Shown: positions 20,449 to 30,994, counted from the first letter of the stretch. The stretch: 64,000 bases of DNA from Candidatus Poribacteria bacterium (GCA_965222225.1 CBDCTK010000002.1:640001-704000); one strand, 5' to 3'. Program-made: numbers and translations. The notes: generated from the sequence alone by a model not told the origin.

Positions 20449-22623
20449 TAGAATTTTAAATTAATCAAATTGGTTAGCCCTGCAAGTGGAGATATGTCCG
20501 ATATGTTATTGTGCCCGATGCTTAAGCTGTTCAATTTGGTTAATCTCGCAAGGGATGACATATCCGATATTGTGTTGAAATGAACATATAAATGTGTGAG
20601 GTCGGTTAACCCTGCAAGCGCAGACACGTCCTCTATGTCATTGACCGCAAGGTCCAAATAAATCAATCGGGTTAGCCCTGCAAGGACTGATATATCCGAA
20701 ATTCGATTAACGGCTAGTTTCAATTCTTTCAAATTGATTGCGAAACTCAAGCCCGTCAAATTGTGGACACGCTGGTTAGCCGCGGTGAGTCTTTCCAATT
20801 TTTGCATATCTTCCACGGTTATCGGGGCATTAATGGTCTTGCCAAGCGCTTCCGCAACCGCGGTTCGTAGGTTCGGATCCGGGATTTGTACATGCGTACC
20901 CGGTATTACCTCCGGCTGCGTTATAACCGGAGGTTTTCCCACTTGCTGTGGATAATCCAACGCATGAATCACATCTTGAAAACTTGACTTCCAGGTATCT
21001 CGCTTGATTTGCCCGCCGTCAAGTACGAGCAACCCTGCGCTCTGCAGGCCCGCGTTCTCACGAATCCTCTTGAGGAAGGTTTCGGTCTCCAACCCAACCA
21101 CGGCAGCGGCGTATGCCGCGTCCACCGGTCCCTGAAACGCCTCATGAAAACGTGAAATCGGTTCAACACCACCAACCACGCCTCCCGTCTCTTCAAGCGC
21201 TTCCCGATAGCGTTCCATGTCTTCACCCACACGAGCGTCCATGTCTGACTTTTCAACGTAGAGGCGCAACGCCTGCGCTTTGTCGTAGGGCGGGTTGGTA
21301 TTGCTCTCAATCACGGAACGTACCTGGTCTTCAAAGGTCTTCATGCCCTCCGTATGGCAACCTATACAGGAAAGCCCGTTGCGCACCGTCGGGTCGCTGG
21401 CAGCGGGGTTGGAAACAATGTTTATCGGCGCCTCGTCGAGACGGAAACTGGACGCATTGACAAGGTAGTATCCTTGCAAACCGTTTGGCAGATTGAAGAT
21501 AGCCTCTCCGCCATCGTGCGTGAAATTGAGCGGGTGGGTAAAGATGTTCTGTGCCCCCACACTCCCGGCAAAGTCGTAGCTTTTCCAATACGCTCCATAG
21601 CGAGAGGTATGCCGTTCCACCATTCGGTTGTTATTGGAGACACCCGAGTTGTTGAATCCCGCCCGCCAAACCCGGACTCCCGGTGCATTTGTGAGGTTAC
21701 CAACCACGTCAACATCCAGTTGTTGCTCTAATTCCCCGTCCGTTAATGGCAGAGAAAGCAGTTCATGATACAGAGGCGGGGTGGATGCTGTTGCAAGAAA
21801 CCAATCGATATGAACGGATGGTATAACGCAGTTCATCTGTGTCTGCAACCGTCCGAGTTGATTCCGCAGCCCAAGCTGTGCCGGCGCGTCAAACTCGATA
21901 TGGTAAGGATACGCTTCCTCTATCTTCGTCCAGCCGCCGATGCGATCCCACTCGTAGTGTCGCAAGTCGATGTAGAAGATGGTAGCTTGCGAGTCAATAG
22001 GCTGTGGGTTGATAACACTAACTCCCCATGAGAGGCTATTGACGAGTTTGGCGAGCGCTTTGCGGTACTCACCAAGTATCTCCGGTGTTTCCCCTGAGTT
22101 ATAGAGGTGCGTCAGTGTAAAGTAGCGAGCGTAGGCGCGGTCAAACGGTTCGAGTGTGTTGAGGTGCGTCTCAATGCTCTTGAGAATTTCGCCGGGAGAG
22201 ATAAACCGGCTATTGGTCGTGGGAATTGTCGCCCAATCGGGAGCGCCGGCTAGAATCCAGCGTCGAATTGCCTCAATCGACTGAACGGGCAACTGGGGCT
22301 GTCCGAACGGCATCTGTGCGCCGCTTTCGGTGGGGCCTAGCAGCCGTTTATACAACTCGGAGTCATTCGGATTTCCCGGAACAACCGTACCCCCTTCGAT
22401 AAGCTCGGTGTGTTCCATGAGGAGTGTTTCTCGATAAGCGCCATCGGCCCCGTGGCAGATGAGGCAACTCCCCTCAAAGATCGCATAGGCATCTTGGGCT
22501 ATCTGCGATTGGGCGGACACATTTTGAAAGCCCACGATAAGGGTCAATAAGCAGATTAAAGCGGTAATGGAATGACGTTTATACATAATTGTATCTCCAA
22601 ATTCTTCTTCCAAATATGCTGCT

Positions 22624-23535
22624 CTACACATCGCTCTCGCATTCCAAGAGGTACTTGCGACTCACGAGCGCATCCTCCAATGGCTGATCCGTTGCGGTAT
22701 TTTCAATCAGAAGATCGCCTTGATAACCGAGTCTAGTGAGGTGATTCGAGATTGACTTGAAATCGACAAATCCGTCTGTTATCCGTGTTGAAAATCCGTC
22801 CGCTGTTCTTTGCTTAATGTGAACGGAAGCGAGGTCCTCCTTCCTCACGGTGCTCCAGAAATCCTCCGGTCGATTGCTGGCAGTGCCATCAGAGCGGAAC
22901 GTGTTCGCCTGATCGTAAATCAGCGGACAACTGCCGTGTCGTGCCAATTCCAGCGTCCAAGTGGCTGACTGACGTCCATGCTCGAGGGCGAAAACCATGG
23001 GATACGAAGGCAGCAGCGACTTGTATCGCTTCACATTGGCTACTGCGACCTCTGTGTCGACATTGCCGTGGGTCTCAACGTCAACGATGCGAAATCGAGC
23101 GCCGTGAGGGCAAAGTAGATAGGCGAATTTTTTCGCCTCGATTATTCTCGCGTTATCCCCGCCGAGGTCGTGTGGTTCGGCGAGCCAGACATGCGATGCC
23201 GCGTAACTCAAAGTTAGACCTGACATCTTTCCCACGAAGTCACACACCTGGTCGAAAAGTGAGTTGTGCTCCGCCTTAATGAGTTTGCTCCAACTCGCGC
23301 CGCGCCATAATGCTTCACAGATGGTTTTCCATCGTTCGTCCGTGTAGGCGTACATCGCAGCCTCAATTTTCCGCATCATGTCCCCAAATTCCGAGTTGCG
23401 GAGGTAGTTGTGGTCCCGTACTTCCATCTCGCGAAACCCGTTTTCGCCGAATTTCGAGGCGAGATCTTCAAAGGAATCGCCGCTTTCCATGCGCTTCGCC
23501 CATATGTTTGTGACGATGCCAAGTTTTTCGTACAT
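22624..23535 (-). CDS. Xylose isomerase-like TIM barrel (sugar phosphate isomerase/epimerase family) protein
   Basis: Metal-ligand pattern 'ALEH', 'YDQAN', 'VHIK', 'DGFVDF', 'GYQGDLLIE'. Confidence 0.7.
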   Translation of the reverse strand: MYEKLGIVTNIWAKRMESGDSFEDLASKFGENGFREMEVRDHNYLRNSEFGDMMRKIEAAMYAYTDERWKTICEALWRGASWSKLIKAEHNSLFDQVCDFVGKMSGLTLSYAASHVWLAEPHDLGGDNARIIEAKKFAYLLCPHGARFRIVDVETHGNVDTEVAVANVKRYKSLLPSYPMVFALEHGRQSATWTLELARHGSCPLIYDQANTFRSDGTASNRPEDFWSTVRKEDLASVHIKQRTADGFSTRITDGFVDFKSISNHLTRLGYQGDLLIENTATDQPLEDALVSRKYLLECESDV

Positions 23536-23784
23536 GCGAGGCTCCTAAAGCCGTATTTGCTGCACCAAAAATCCAAGAATACAAAACTTCATTATAACAT
23601 AACCCAAGAGCCAATCAAACAGGGAAATCGTGATGTAGCGAAGCCCCTGCATTCCACTTAGGATTGGACACGCTGACAATGGTTGCCTCCAATATGTCGA
23701 ACAATTCGTCTTTGCCGTCGGCGAATTGCGCGCCTTATGTACGGACAGGGACATGAAGATTCACAAATCAGTCTGCAAATAAAT
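23113..23784. repeat. Copy 1 of a diverged direct repeat (5' half and upstream region of the TIM-barrel gene)
   Basis: Aligns by eye with 31220-31765, e.g. 'gtgacgatgccaagtttttcgtacatgcg', 'cctaaagccgtatttgc', 'acatgaagattcacaaa'. Confidence 0.85.
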
Positions 23785-24058
23785 AAGGGGTGTGCATACG
23801 TAGGCACCTTGGTCGTAATTGCAGAATGTGATTAGATTAACCCTATTGCAGTGTATATACATTGCGGGATCTCTATCGATCAACTGACCGAATAGGGAAG
23901 GCGATAGGAAATCTTACTCGATATCCCCTAGCTCGATCTCCTCCGGAGCGAAGGTATCCGTCGGATCGTTCGTGCTATTGTGTATTTGGTTTTTTGAAGA
24001 TACACCAGCCCAGTGGCAGCTTTGTTTGCTTGTCCGCGTTTTCTGTGTAATCTGCTGA

Positions 24059-24640
24059 ATCCGTGATTCAGACAATGATTATGCACACCGCTCAACTTAT
24101 CTAGAAGATTGGGATGGAAATAACTATCCTGACGATAAAGAGGACCATCTGGTTACATGGGTAAGTTGGCATGCGGCGCTGGCTTACGCAGCGTGGGCAG
24201 GCATACGGCTGCCGACAGAGGCAGAGTGGGAATTTGCAGCACGCGGTGGATTGGCAAATCAAAGTTACCCGTGGGGCAATTCAATTGATGCAAACAAGGC
24301 AAACTACAACGGAAATGTCGGAGACACGACTACTGTTAGTGTCTATCCTGCTAACAATTACGGTCTCTACGATATGGCGGGCAACGTTTGGGAATGGTGT
24401 CTCGATGAATACCAAAGCGATTTCCACAGAAATTCCCCGTACCGGAATCCAATTGCAGGCGCAACCCGTATCCAAAACATGATAAGCAATTTCAGAGACG
24501 TTGAAACTCCGCGGGTGTTGCGTGGGGGATCTTTGGTCACCGAGCGTCAAAGCGTGGAGGTTTCTACGCGCGCTGAATCCTCGCCGCGGTATGCAGACTT
24601 CGATCTCGGTTTCCGTTGCGTGAAGGACAAGAAATCTTAA
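24059..24640 (+). pseudogene. N-terminally truncated FGE-sulfatase (SUMF1/formylglycine-generating enzyme-like) domain gene
   Basis: The frame is open from 24059 with 'VTWVSWHAA', 'RLPTEAEWEFAARGG', 'YPWG', 'YGLYDMAGNVWEWC', 'RVLRGGS', 'GFRC'. A TGA at 24056 precedes it and there is no proper start. Confidence 0.8.
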
Positions 24641-24707
24641 AACCTCGATTGCATCGAAAAAGATGGCGATGCACAAGACCTCGCGCAACAACACAATTGG
24701 GTCATAC

Positions 24708-26816
24708 CTATGAATTGTCAGATTCTATCTGTACGGCGCAGAATTTCAACTCCGGCTGCTGAGATACCGGATCAAACGCTGGATTCGTCACGTAATTCGC
24801 ATTAGTCTTGGCGTGGAAGAGATCGCCCCAATGGAACGGTGTAAAGAGCAATCCACGTCGAATCGTTTCTGTGACACGCGCCCGCGCATAGCACCGTCCA
24901 CGTCGCCCGACAAGATAGATCCACTCACCGTCTTGAACGTCGTTTTCTACTGCATCATCCGGATGGATTTCCACGAACGGTTCCGGGTCCTTACGGACCA
25001 GCTGCGGCACCTTGCCTGTCCGAGTGCGCGTATGCCACTGACTCGCGACACGTCCTGTTGTCAAACCGAGTGGGAATTCCTCATTTGTGTCTTCATCCGG
25101 TGGTTGATAGACCGGCGTTTTGAATTGTGCTTTCCCGGAACCGGTGAAAAACTTCGTGCGGACGTATCGGCGCGCCGTGCCTGGATGTCGTGGATGCGGA
25201 CAGGGCCATTGCAGTGATGTTTTCGCGAGGCGTTCATTCGTCATCCCCATCTGATCACAAGGGGTACCTGCTGTTAGAAGCCGATATTCATCCCAGACCT
25301 CTTCAGCGGTAAAGAAGTCGAAATTCCGCTTAAATCCCATCGCTCTCGCGACCTGTGTGAATATCCACCAATCCGGTTTTGCCTCACCGGGAGGGACGAG
25401 GAACTGATCGCTTCGGACGACGAGCCGTTCGCTATTCGTCATTGTGCCTTGCTTTTCACCCCACTGCGCCGCTGGGAGCAGTACATCCGCATACTCCGCT
25501 GTCTCTGTCGGGTAATAACAATCCTGCACGATGACCAAGTCCGCACGCCGCAAGCCTTCTTGCGATACTTTTGTATTGGGCATGCTGACTGCCGGGTTTG
25601 TGCAGGCGATCCAGAGTGCGCGAACTTTCCCCTCAGCCGCTGCTTCAAACATCGGCACCGCTGTTAATCCCGGTTTCGAGTCAATGCTCCCCGGTGGCAC
25701 TCGCCACGCGCCTTCCAGATAGGCACGGTGCATATCATTGGTGACAACACGATAGCCGGGCAACTGGTGAGACAGATAACCGACCTCTCTGCCACCCATC
25801 GCATTCGGTTGTCCGGTCAACGAAAATGGACCGGCACCCTTTACGCCAACTTCACCTAATTGCAAATGTAGATTGATGAGGGCAACATTTTTGTCAACGC
25901 CGCTTGTGCTTTGATTGGTGCCTTGGCAGTAAAAGCTGAGCAATCGACCTGGTTTAGAGAGGTATTCAACGATCTCGTCAATACGTGCAGGGTGAATATC
26001 GCAGGCAGTGAGAAGCGCGTCTTCGTCTAAGCTGTCCAAATGGTTCTCATACGCACTGAAGTTTCCCGTACTTCTGCGGATGAAACGTCTATTGACGCGC
26101 CCTATCGCAATGAGGCGTTTGGCAATGAGTTGAAGGAACGCAACGTCGCTTCCGGGTGCGAGCGGCACATGGATATCCGAGAAATCTGCTGTCTTCGTGC
26201 GGCGTGGGTCTACGGCGATAATCCGCGTGCTCGGTTCTACTGTACGTCGTTTCCGAATCATCTGGAAGAGAACAGGGTGATTCGCTACCATATTCGCGCC
26301 GATAATCAGAAAGACATCCGCGTGCTGGATATCGTCATAGCAGGTAGGCGGACCGTCTGAGCCGAACGCCTGCATGTAACCAACTACGGCAGAAGACATA
26401 CAGAGCCGACTATTTGTGTCCACGTTATTCGTCCGTAGAAATCCTTTGAATAATTTGTTGAAAACGTAGGAAGCCTCTGTGTCCAATTGTCCAGATCCGT
26501 AGAGCGCAATGGAATCCTTGCCGTGCTCCAATTGGATTTCGTGAAGCCGATTTGCTGTGAAAGCGATAGCCTCGTCCCACGAAACTTCGCGCGCGGGTTC
26601 GCCTCTGCGATCCCGAATTATGGGATACGCGAGTCTACCGTCATGATTTTGAAAGACCTGTTTCAGATGTGCACCTTTCGGACAAAGCATTCCATAATTT
26701 GGGGCGACATCGTCGTCCGCTGAGATTCTCGTAATCTTGTTATCCTGGACGGTTGCCCTGATGACGCAACCGACCCCACAATAGGGACATACCGCTTTTC
26801 CTGTTGAATTTTCCAT
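24708..26816 (-). CDS. narB: Assimilatory nitrate reductase catalytic subunit (Mo-bisMGD, NarB/NasA type)
   Basis: 'CPYCGVGC...C' Fe-S motif, 'DTNSRLCMSSA', 'FSLTGQPNAMGGRE', 'QWHTRTRTG', 'DPVSQQPELK'; 702 aa with no C-terminal BFD domain. Confidence 0.88.
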   Translation of the reverse strand: MENSTGKAVCPYCGVGCVIRATVQDNKITRISADDDVAPNYGMLCPKGAHLKQVFQNHDGRLAYPIIRDRRGEPAREVSWDEAIAFTANRLHEIQLEHGKDSIALYGSGQLDTEASYVFNKLFKGFLRTNNVDTNSRLCMSSAVVGYMQAFGSDGPPTCYDDIQHADVFLIIGANMVANHPVLFQMIRKRRTVEPSTRIIAVDPRRTKTADFSDIHVPLAPGSDVAFLQLIAKRLIAIGRVNRRFIRRSTGNFSAYENHLDSLDEDALLTACDIHPARIDEIVEYLSKPGRLLSFYCQGTNQSTSGVDKNVALINLHLQLGEVGVKGAGPFSLTGQPNAMGGREVGYLSHQLPGYRVVTNDMHRAYLEGAWRVPPGSIDSKPGLTAVPMFEAAAEGKVRALWIACTNPAVSMPNTKVSQEGLRRADLVIVQDCYYPTETAEYADVLLPAAQWGEKQGTMTNSERLVVRSDQFLVPPGEAKPDWWIFTQVARAMGFKRNFDFFTAEEVWDEYRLLTAGTPCDQMGMTNERLAKTSLQWPCPHPRHPGTARRYVRTKFFTGSGKAQFKTPVYQPPDEDTNEEFPLGLTTGRVASQWHTRTRTGKVPQLVRKDPEPFVEIHPDDAVENDVQDGEWIYLVGRRGRCYARARVTETIRRGLLFTPFHWGDLFHAKTNANYVTNPAFDPVSQQPELKFCAVQIESDNS

Positions 26817-27044
26817 TTTTTAATTATTGAGTTTCTGCGCCGATTTTTCCGTTGTCAAAATCGGGTTTTCGATCAGTTTGATGAGTATTGGTTATGAAAC
26901 GAATTAATTTGATCAGAGTCATGGGCAGACACGGGGATCCGCCCATACGTTGAATAAGACTTACGCAATTCATCGATCGTTCCGTTCCAAATCGTTCCTC
27001 TAAAGCGTCAGGGTTACAAACCCCTCTCACAAGTTGAAGAAGGA

Positions 27045-28406
27045 TTAGGTTAATGCACCTTCGGCTCTCAGACGTTGTCTCTCTGCGAGTGCTGCATCAA
27101 ACTCTCCCTTCTCTGCGGCTTGAACTGCGGGGGAGAACCTCACTAATACCGTGCCAACTGAGGCGACTGTAACCATTACGCCGAGATATAGCAAGCCTTG
27201 CTGCGTCGTGATACTCTCGGAACGGAACAGGAACCCCGACGCAACGGCACCAGCGTTTCCACCCGCGCCGACGATACCGGCAACAGCTCCCAACGCCTTC
27301 CTATTGATAAACGGAACGATTCCAAACGTCGCGCCTTCGGACATCTGCACGAAGAGACTGAAGACAATCATCGTTCCAACAGCGAGCACAAGCACTGCCA
27401 TTTGCGCGAACACTATCAACATGAACCCCTCACCTAACAGAACAACGAAGAGGAACATGACACGCCCGCGAAGCCCTATCTTTTTCGCAAAGAAATCGGA
27501 GAAAAACCCACCGAGGCTTCGTGCAAAGATGTTCATTAAACCGAACAAGCCAGCGATAAGTCCTGCTGTCTTGACATCCAATTGGAAATTGTCGTGATAG
27601 TAGAGCGCGGCGATGTTGTTAATGGTTAATTCCACCCCGAAACAGGCGGCATAAATGAGGAAAAGTGCCCAGACACGGTAGTCTTTAATCGCCAGTATGA
27701 AAGATTCCATGCCTTTGCCTTCCGAAGACTCAAGTTCGCCGCGTTCACGGAGTTCTTTATAATTCCCATCGGGTGCGTCTTGGGTCAAGAAGTAATAAGC
27801 AAACCCAGTGATAAACAGAGCGACACCGGGAACAATCATCGCCAGCCGCCATCCGAGGGATTCATTGACACCCAAGCTGAGAACAGCGGTAAAGATGAGG
27901 GGCATCACCATCTGGGTAACACCGCCACCGAGGTTGCCCCATCCCGCTGTTGTGGCATTCGCAGTGCCGACACAGTTCGGCGCGAACATCACCGATGTGT
28001 GATACTGCGTGATGACGAACGACGCGCCGATTGCACCGATTGCCAATCGAAATAGTAGAAACGTCTCATAATTCTGGGCAAGTCCAATCCCAATGACGGG
28101 CAGTGAACCGAGAATTAGGAGCCATGTATATGCCTTTCGAGAGCCGATCTTGTCGCAGAGCGGTCCGATTAAGACGCGCACCAGCACTGTAATTGCGACA
28201 GAGGCGATAGTTGTATTACCGATCTGTGCTTTTGTTAACATCAGATCTTCGCGCACAATCACCATCAGTGGTGCAACCCCAAACCAACCGAAAAAGGCTA
28301 AGAAGAAAGCGAACCATGTGGTATGGAAGGCGCGCATCTGGACCGATTTTAAACTGAAGAGATTTATCTGTGTCGCTTTATTTTTGAGATCCATAAATTT
28401 CTCCAA
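27045..28406 (-). CDS. Nitrate/nitrite MFS transporter (NarK/NRT2 family)
   Basis: Nitrate signature 'ANATTAGWGNLGGG' and 'GIVGAGGNAG'; about 12 TM segments. Confidence 0.93.
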   Translation of the reverse strand: MEKFMDLKNKATQINLFSLKSVQMRAFHTTWFAFFLAFFGWFGVAPLMVIVREDLMLTKAQIGNTTIASVAITVLVRVLIGPLCDKIGSRKAYTWLLILGSLPVIGIGLAQNYETFLLFRLAIGAIGASFVITQYHTSVMFAPNCVGTANATTAGWGNLGGGVTQMVMPLIFTAVLSLGVNESLGWRLAMIVPGVALFITGFAYYFLTQDAPDGNYKELRERGELESSEGKGMESFILAIKDYRVWALFLIYAACFGVELTINNIAALYYHDNFQLDVKTAGLIAGLFGLMNIFARSLGGFFSDFFAKKIGLRGRVMFLFVVLLGEGFMLIVFAQMAVLVLAVGTMIVFSLFVQMSEGATFGIVPFINRKALGAVAGIVGAGGNAGAVASGFLFRSESITTQQGLLYLGVMVTVASVGTVLVRFSPAVQAAEKGEFDAALAERQRLRAEGALT

Positions 28407-28516
28407 CTTTTGAATAGCCGTTTGGGTCTATTCCCGCGTCGAATTTTCCTTTCTATAATGTTGTTAATTTTAGTTATGCGCGTGTGGAAGCACGCAAGTT
28501 TACATTCACTCGCCCT

Positions 28517-30133
28517 TCACCTCCGTGAAAGGTAAGGAACGAGTCCTTCAAGTAATTGCGGCAAATCGTCGCAAGGCACATTCTCCAATAACTTCGGTGC
28601 TACTTTTGGGTTAGCACTGGCATCTCCCTTGAGGAACACATCCACCGCATCGGTAAGGACACCATCAATCTTAATCTTCTTACCGAGCAGACCAATATCT
28701 GCAGCGGCGTGGTTGCCACATCCGTTTGGACAGCCAGACCAGTGTATCGTCAACGGTTTGGTATTACTGAGTTTTGCTTCCAAATGCCGGATTGCCTCCA
28801 TCGCGCGCTCTTTCGTTTCAATAAGCGAGAAGTGACAATAGTCGATACCCGTGCAACTCACCATGCCGCGCATGACTTCCGAGGGGTCGTAGCGAAGCTC
28901 CTGTAGGAGCGGTTCAGCGGTTAAGTCCCCGATTTTTGTGTCCGGTACATTCGTGATAATCAGATTCTGTCCCTGCGTGAGGCGGATGTCACCGGTGCCG
29001 TATTCATCGGCGAGGCGAGCGACCTCGAAAAGCTGCGTCGTTGTGATGCGTCCGACAGGTACAACAAGTCCGGCGTAATTAAGGTGTGGCTCTTTCTGTG
29101 AGAAGATACCAGTGTGGTCGGTCTTGTTCTTGCCGCGCGCATCTTTACCCGCTGTCAGGAGCGGCTGTTTTCTGTGCCGACGTCTTTCTAATTCTTTTCG
29201 GAATTTTTCTATACCCCAATCTGCAATCAGAAAAGCAAGACGAGATTTATTCCGAGCTGTCCGCGGTCCATGATCTCGGAAAATTAGCGTAATGTCCGCA
29301 CACAAAACTGAGGCATCTTCAGGGATAATAAACACATCAAGTGGTTGCGCGACGGTATACCCGCCAGAACCCATCTTTCCGCCAACCGCGACGTTAAAGC
29401 CTTTCATCTCTTGACCATCAATCTCCTTTTCCGCAGGGGTAAGCGCAATGTCCTGTGAGGCTGTATGGGTACAGTTATCCAAACATCCCGTGATACCGAC
29501 ATTAAACTTACGCGGAATATCGGTGAATTCCCTGTTACCGACAATGAGTCTTGTGAATTCCCTACCAACATGGGAAGCATCAAAGAGTTCATTCGGTGTC
29601 AATCCGGCAACGGGACACCCGATCACGCCGCGAATATTGTCGAAACCAGTTTGGAGTGAACCTAAACCGACCTCCTCAAGCCGATTCCAGATGTGCTGGA
29701 CATTCTCAATCGCGAAACCTCGGAGCTGAATCTGCTGACGCGTCGTGAGATCCACGAATCCGGGTCCGTGTGCTTCACTGATTTCGGCAATAGCGCGGAA
29801 CTGCTCGGCGTTGCTAAAACCGCTAGACATACGGAGGCGCATCATAAATGCTCCGGGGATTTGCTTTCGATAAAAGACACCTACCCACTTAAGCCGGTCA
29901 CGTTCGTTCGGTGGAATAGATTCCCACCCGTCCCGAATATAGTTTGGAATGTCATTGATTACCTCCAGCCCATTTTTTTCGCGCTTTAGGAGCTCTGCAG
30001 CATTTATCTTTGATTTCCCTTCTTTGGCAGCCGTTGCGCTTTTCAGACTCGGTGCCGAACGCACACTTCGGCTTGTAGAAATAGCCTTCTTTTTTGATTG
30101 GTTCACTTTTGAATCTCCTTCAGAAACAGGCAT
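28517..30133 (-). CDS. nirA: Ferredoxin-nitrite reductase (siroheme)
   Basis: 'DLTTRQQIQLR', 'PRKFN', and siroheme/4Fe-4S ligands 'SCTGIDYC' and 'HWSGCPNGCG'; operon context. Confidence 0.9.
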   Translation of the reverse strand: MPVSEGDSKVNQSKKKAISTSRSVRSAPSLKSATAAKEGKSKINAAELLKREKNGLEVINDIPNYIRDGWESIPPNERDRLKWVGVFYRKQIPGAFMMRLRMSSGFSNAEQFRAIAEISEAHGPGFVDLTTRQQIQLRGFAIENVQHIWNRLEEVGLGSLQTGFDNIRGVIGCPVAGLTPNELFDASHVGREFTRLIVGNREFTDIPRKFNVGITGCLDNCTHTASQDIALTPAEKEIDGQEMKGFNVAVGGKMGSGGYTVAQPLDVFIIPEDASVLCADITLIFRDHGPRTARNKSRLAFLIADWGIEKFRKELERRRHRKQPLLTAGKDARGKNKTDHTGIFSQKEPHLNYAGLVVPVGRITTTQLFEVARLADEYGTGDIRLTQGQNLIITNVPDTKIGDLTAEPLLQELRYDPSEVMRGMVSCTGIDYCHFSLIETKERAMEAIRHLEAKLSNTKPLTIHWSGCPNGCGNHAAADIGLLGKKIKIDGVLTDAVDVFLKGDASANPKVAPKLLENVPCDDLPQLLEGLVPYLSRR

Positions 30134-30152
30134 CCTATAGGGTTAGGCGGAA

Positions 30153-30230
30153 ATAAAAAAGGCATCTATCAGCGAGTGTAAACTCAGCCAGATAGACACC
30201 TGTGTCCGGTCCCAAATCACCATTGATTGG
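30153..30230 (-). promoter_or_regulatory. ANTAR (NasT-type) dual-hexaloop leader overlapping an intrinsic terminator
   Basis: Minus strand P1 AAUC-AAUGGU-GAUU (30215-30228) and P2 GAC-ACAGGU-GUC (30195-30206), both loops with A1 and G4. P2 overlaps the terminator stem GGUGUCUAUC...GAUAGAUGCC-UUUUUU. Confidence 0.85.
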
Positions 30231-30366
30231 CTGTTGTTATTATCTACATTGTTTGCCCAGTGGCATAAAGTCCTCCAGTCCTACTGAGCAAAATAAGCAA
30301 TTCTAATGTGTACGCGCTGTTCACCCTTGAACACACGCACTTTTATAGTGGAAACGAATATCTTCT

Positions 30367-30994
30367 CTATAATTTGTTCGTCAATACATCTGCAACGGAC
30401 AGCACGTCTTCTGAGATTTCCGCGAGCCGTTTTCTGCGATTCATCGCCATCTTCCGCAAAATTTGATACGCTTGTGATTCGTTACAGCCGCGTTGTTGCG
30501 CGACCAGTTCCTTTGCGCGTTCTATAATTTTGCGTTCGGCAAGGTTTGTCTTTGTCTTTTCAAGTTCCTGTTGCACCGCTCGGAATTCATAAAATCGGGC
30601 AACAGCCGATTCGATAATGGTTTAACTCGGGCACCAGTAAGTTTTCCGACAGCATACGCGGACACACCGGCACGCGTCGTTGCCTAGATCGTCTCTGATC
30701 GCTCATCTCTCGAAAACATGATTGTCGGTCATGGATAACTTTCAAGGAGAGACGCGACCCAACTGAGTACCGCGTGCCCCGGAAAATCAACACCAATCAG
30801 TATGATGTCTGGCTTTACCAGTGCAACCTGCTCAGCCACGTCTTCCTGTAGACGTATAGGCACGGCGACTTTGTAACGACTTGCTTCCAGAATACCAATT
30901 AACGAATTCGCCCGCTCCGGATTGTTATCAATGATTAGGATCGCCCCTTCCTAGTAACGGGTGGGGACTCCGGCGTTGAGGTGACCGTTTCCAT
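30367..30994 (-). pseudogene. nasT: NasT-type pseudo-receiver/ANTAR antiterminator, disrupted
   Basis: Reconstruction: ...ILIIDNNPERANSL...KPDIILI...ESYP*PTIMFSRDERSETI*ATTRAGVSAYAV...KP/IIESAVARF...LAERKIIERAK...AYQILRKMAM. It has two in-frame stops and two frameshifts; the ANTAR part (30367-30576) is still open. Confidence 0.88.

Larger units (their letters stand above)
17307..22586 (-). pseudogene. Paralog 3 of the cytochrome c/LRR/cohesin/dockerin protein, interrupted by IS1595
   Basis: ORFs 20448-22631 and 17307-19079 join in frame once 19200-20456 is removed: ...NLINLKF-YDNQISDISALARLTQLTDLTFSANRVSDISPLAGLISLETLNAGRNQ... Confidence 0.9.

Noticed and set aside
8808-22586. Diversity-generating retroelement acting on the paralog array
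   Set aside because: No reverse transcriptase is in the window, and differences between repeats are not adenine-specific; they are block swaps between whole paralogs.
30640-30720. Stop-codon recoding (Sec/Pyl) in nasT
   Set aside because: The TGA and TAG come with frameshifts, and all other genes use standard stops, so this is simple decay.
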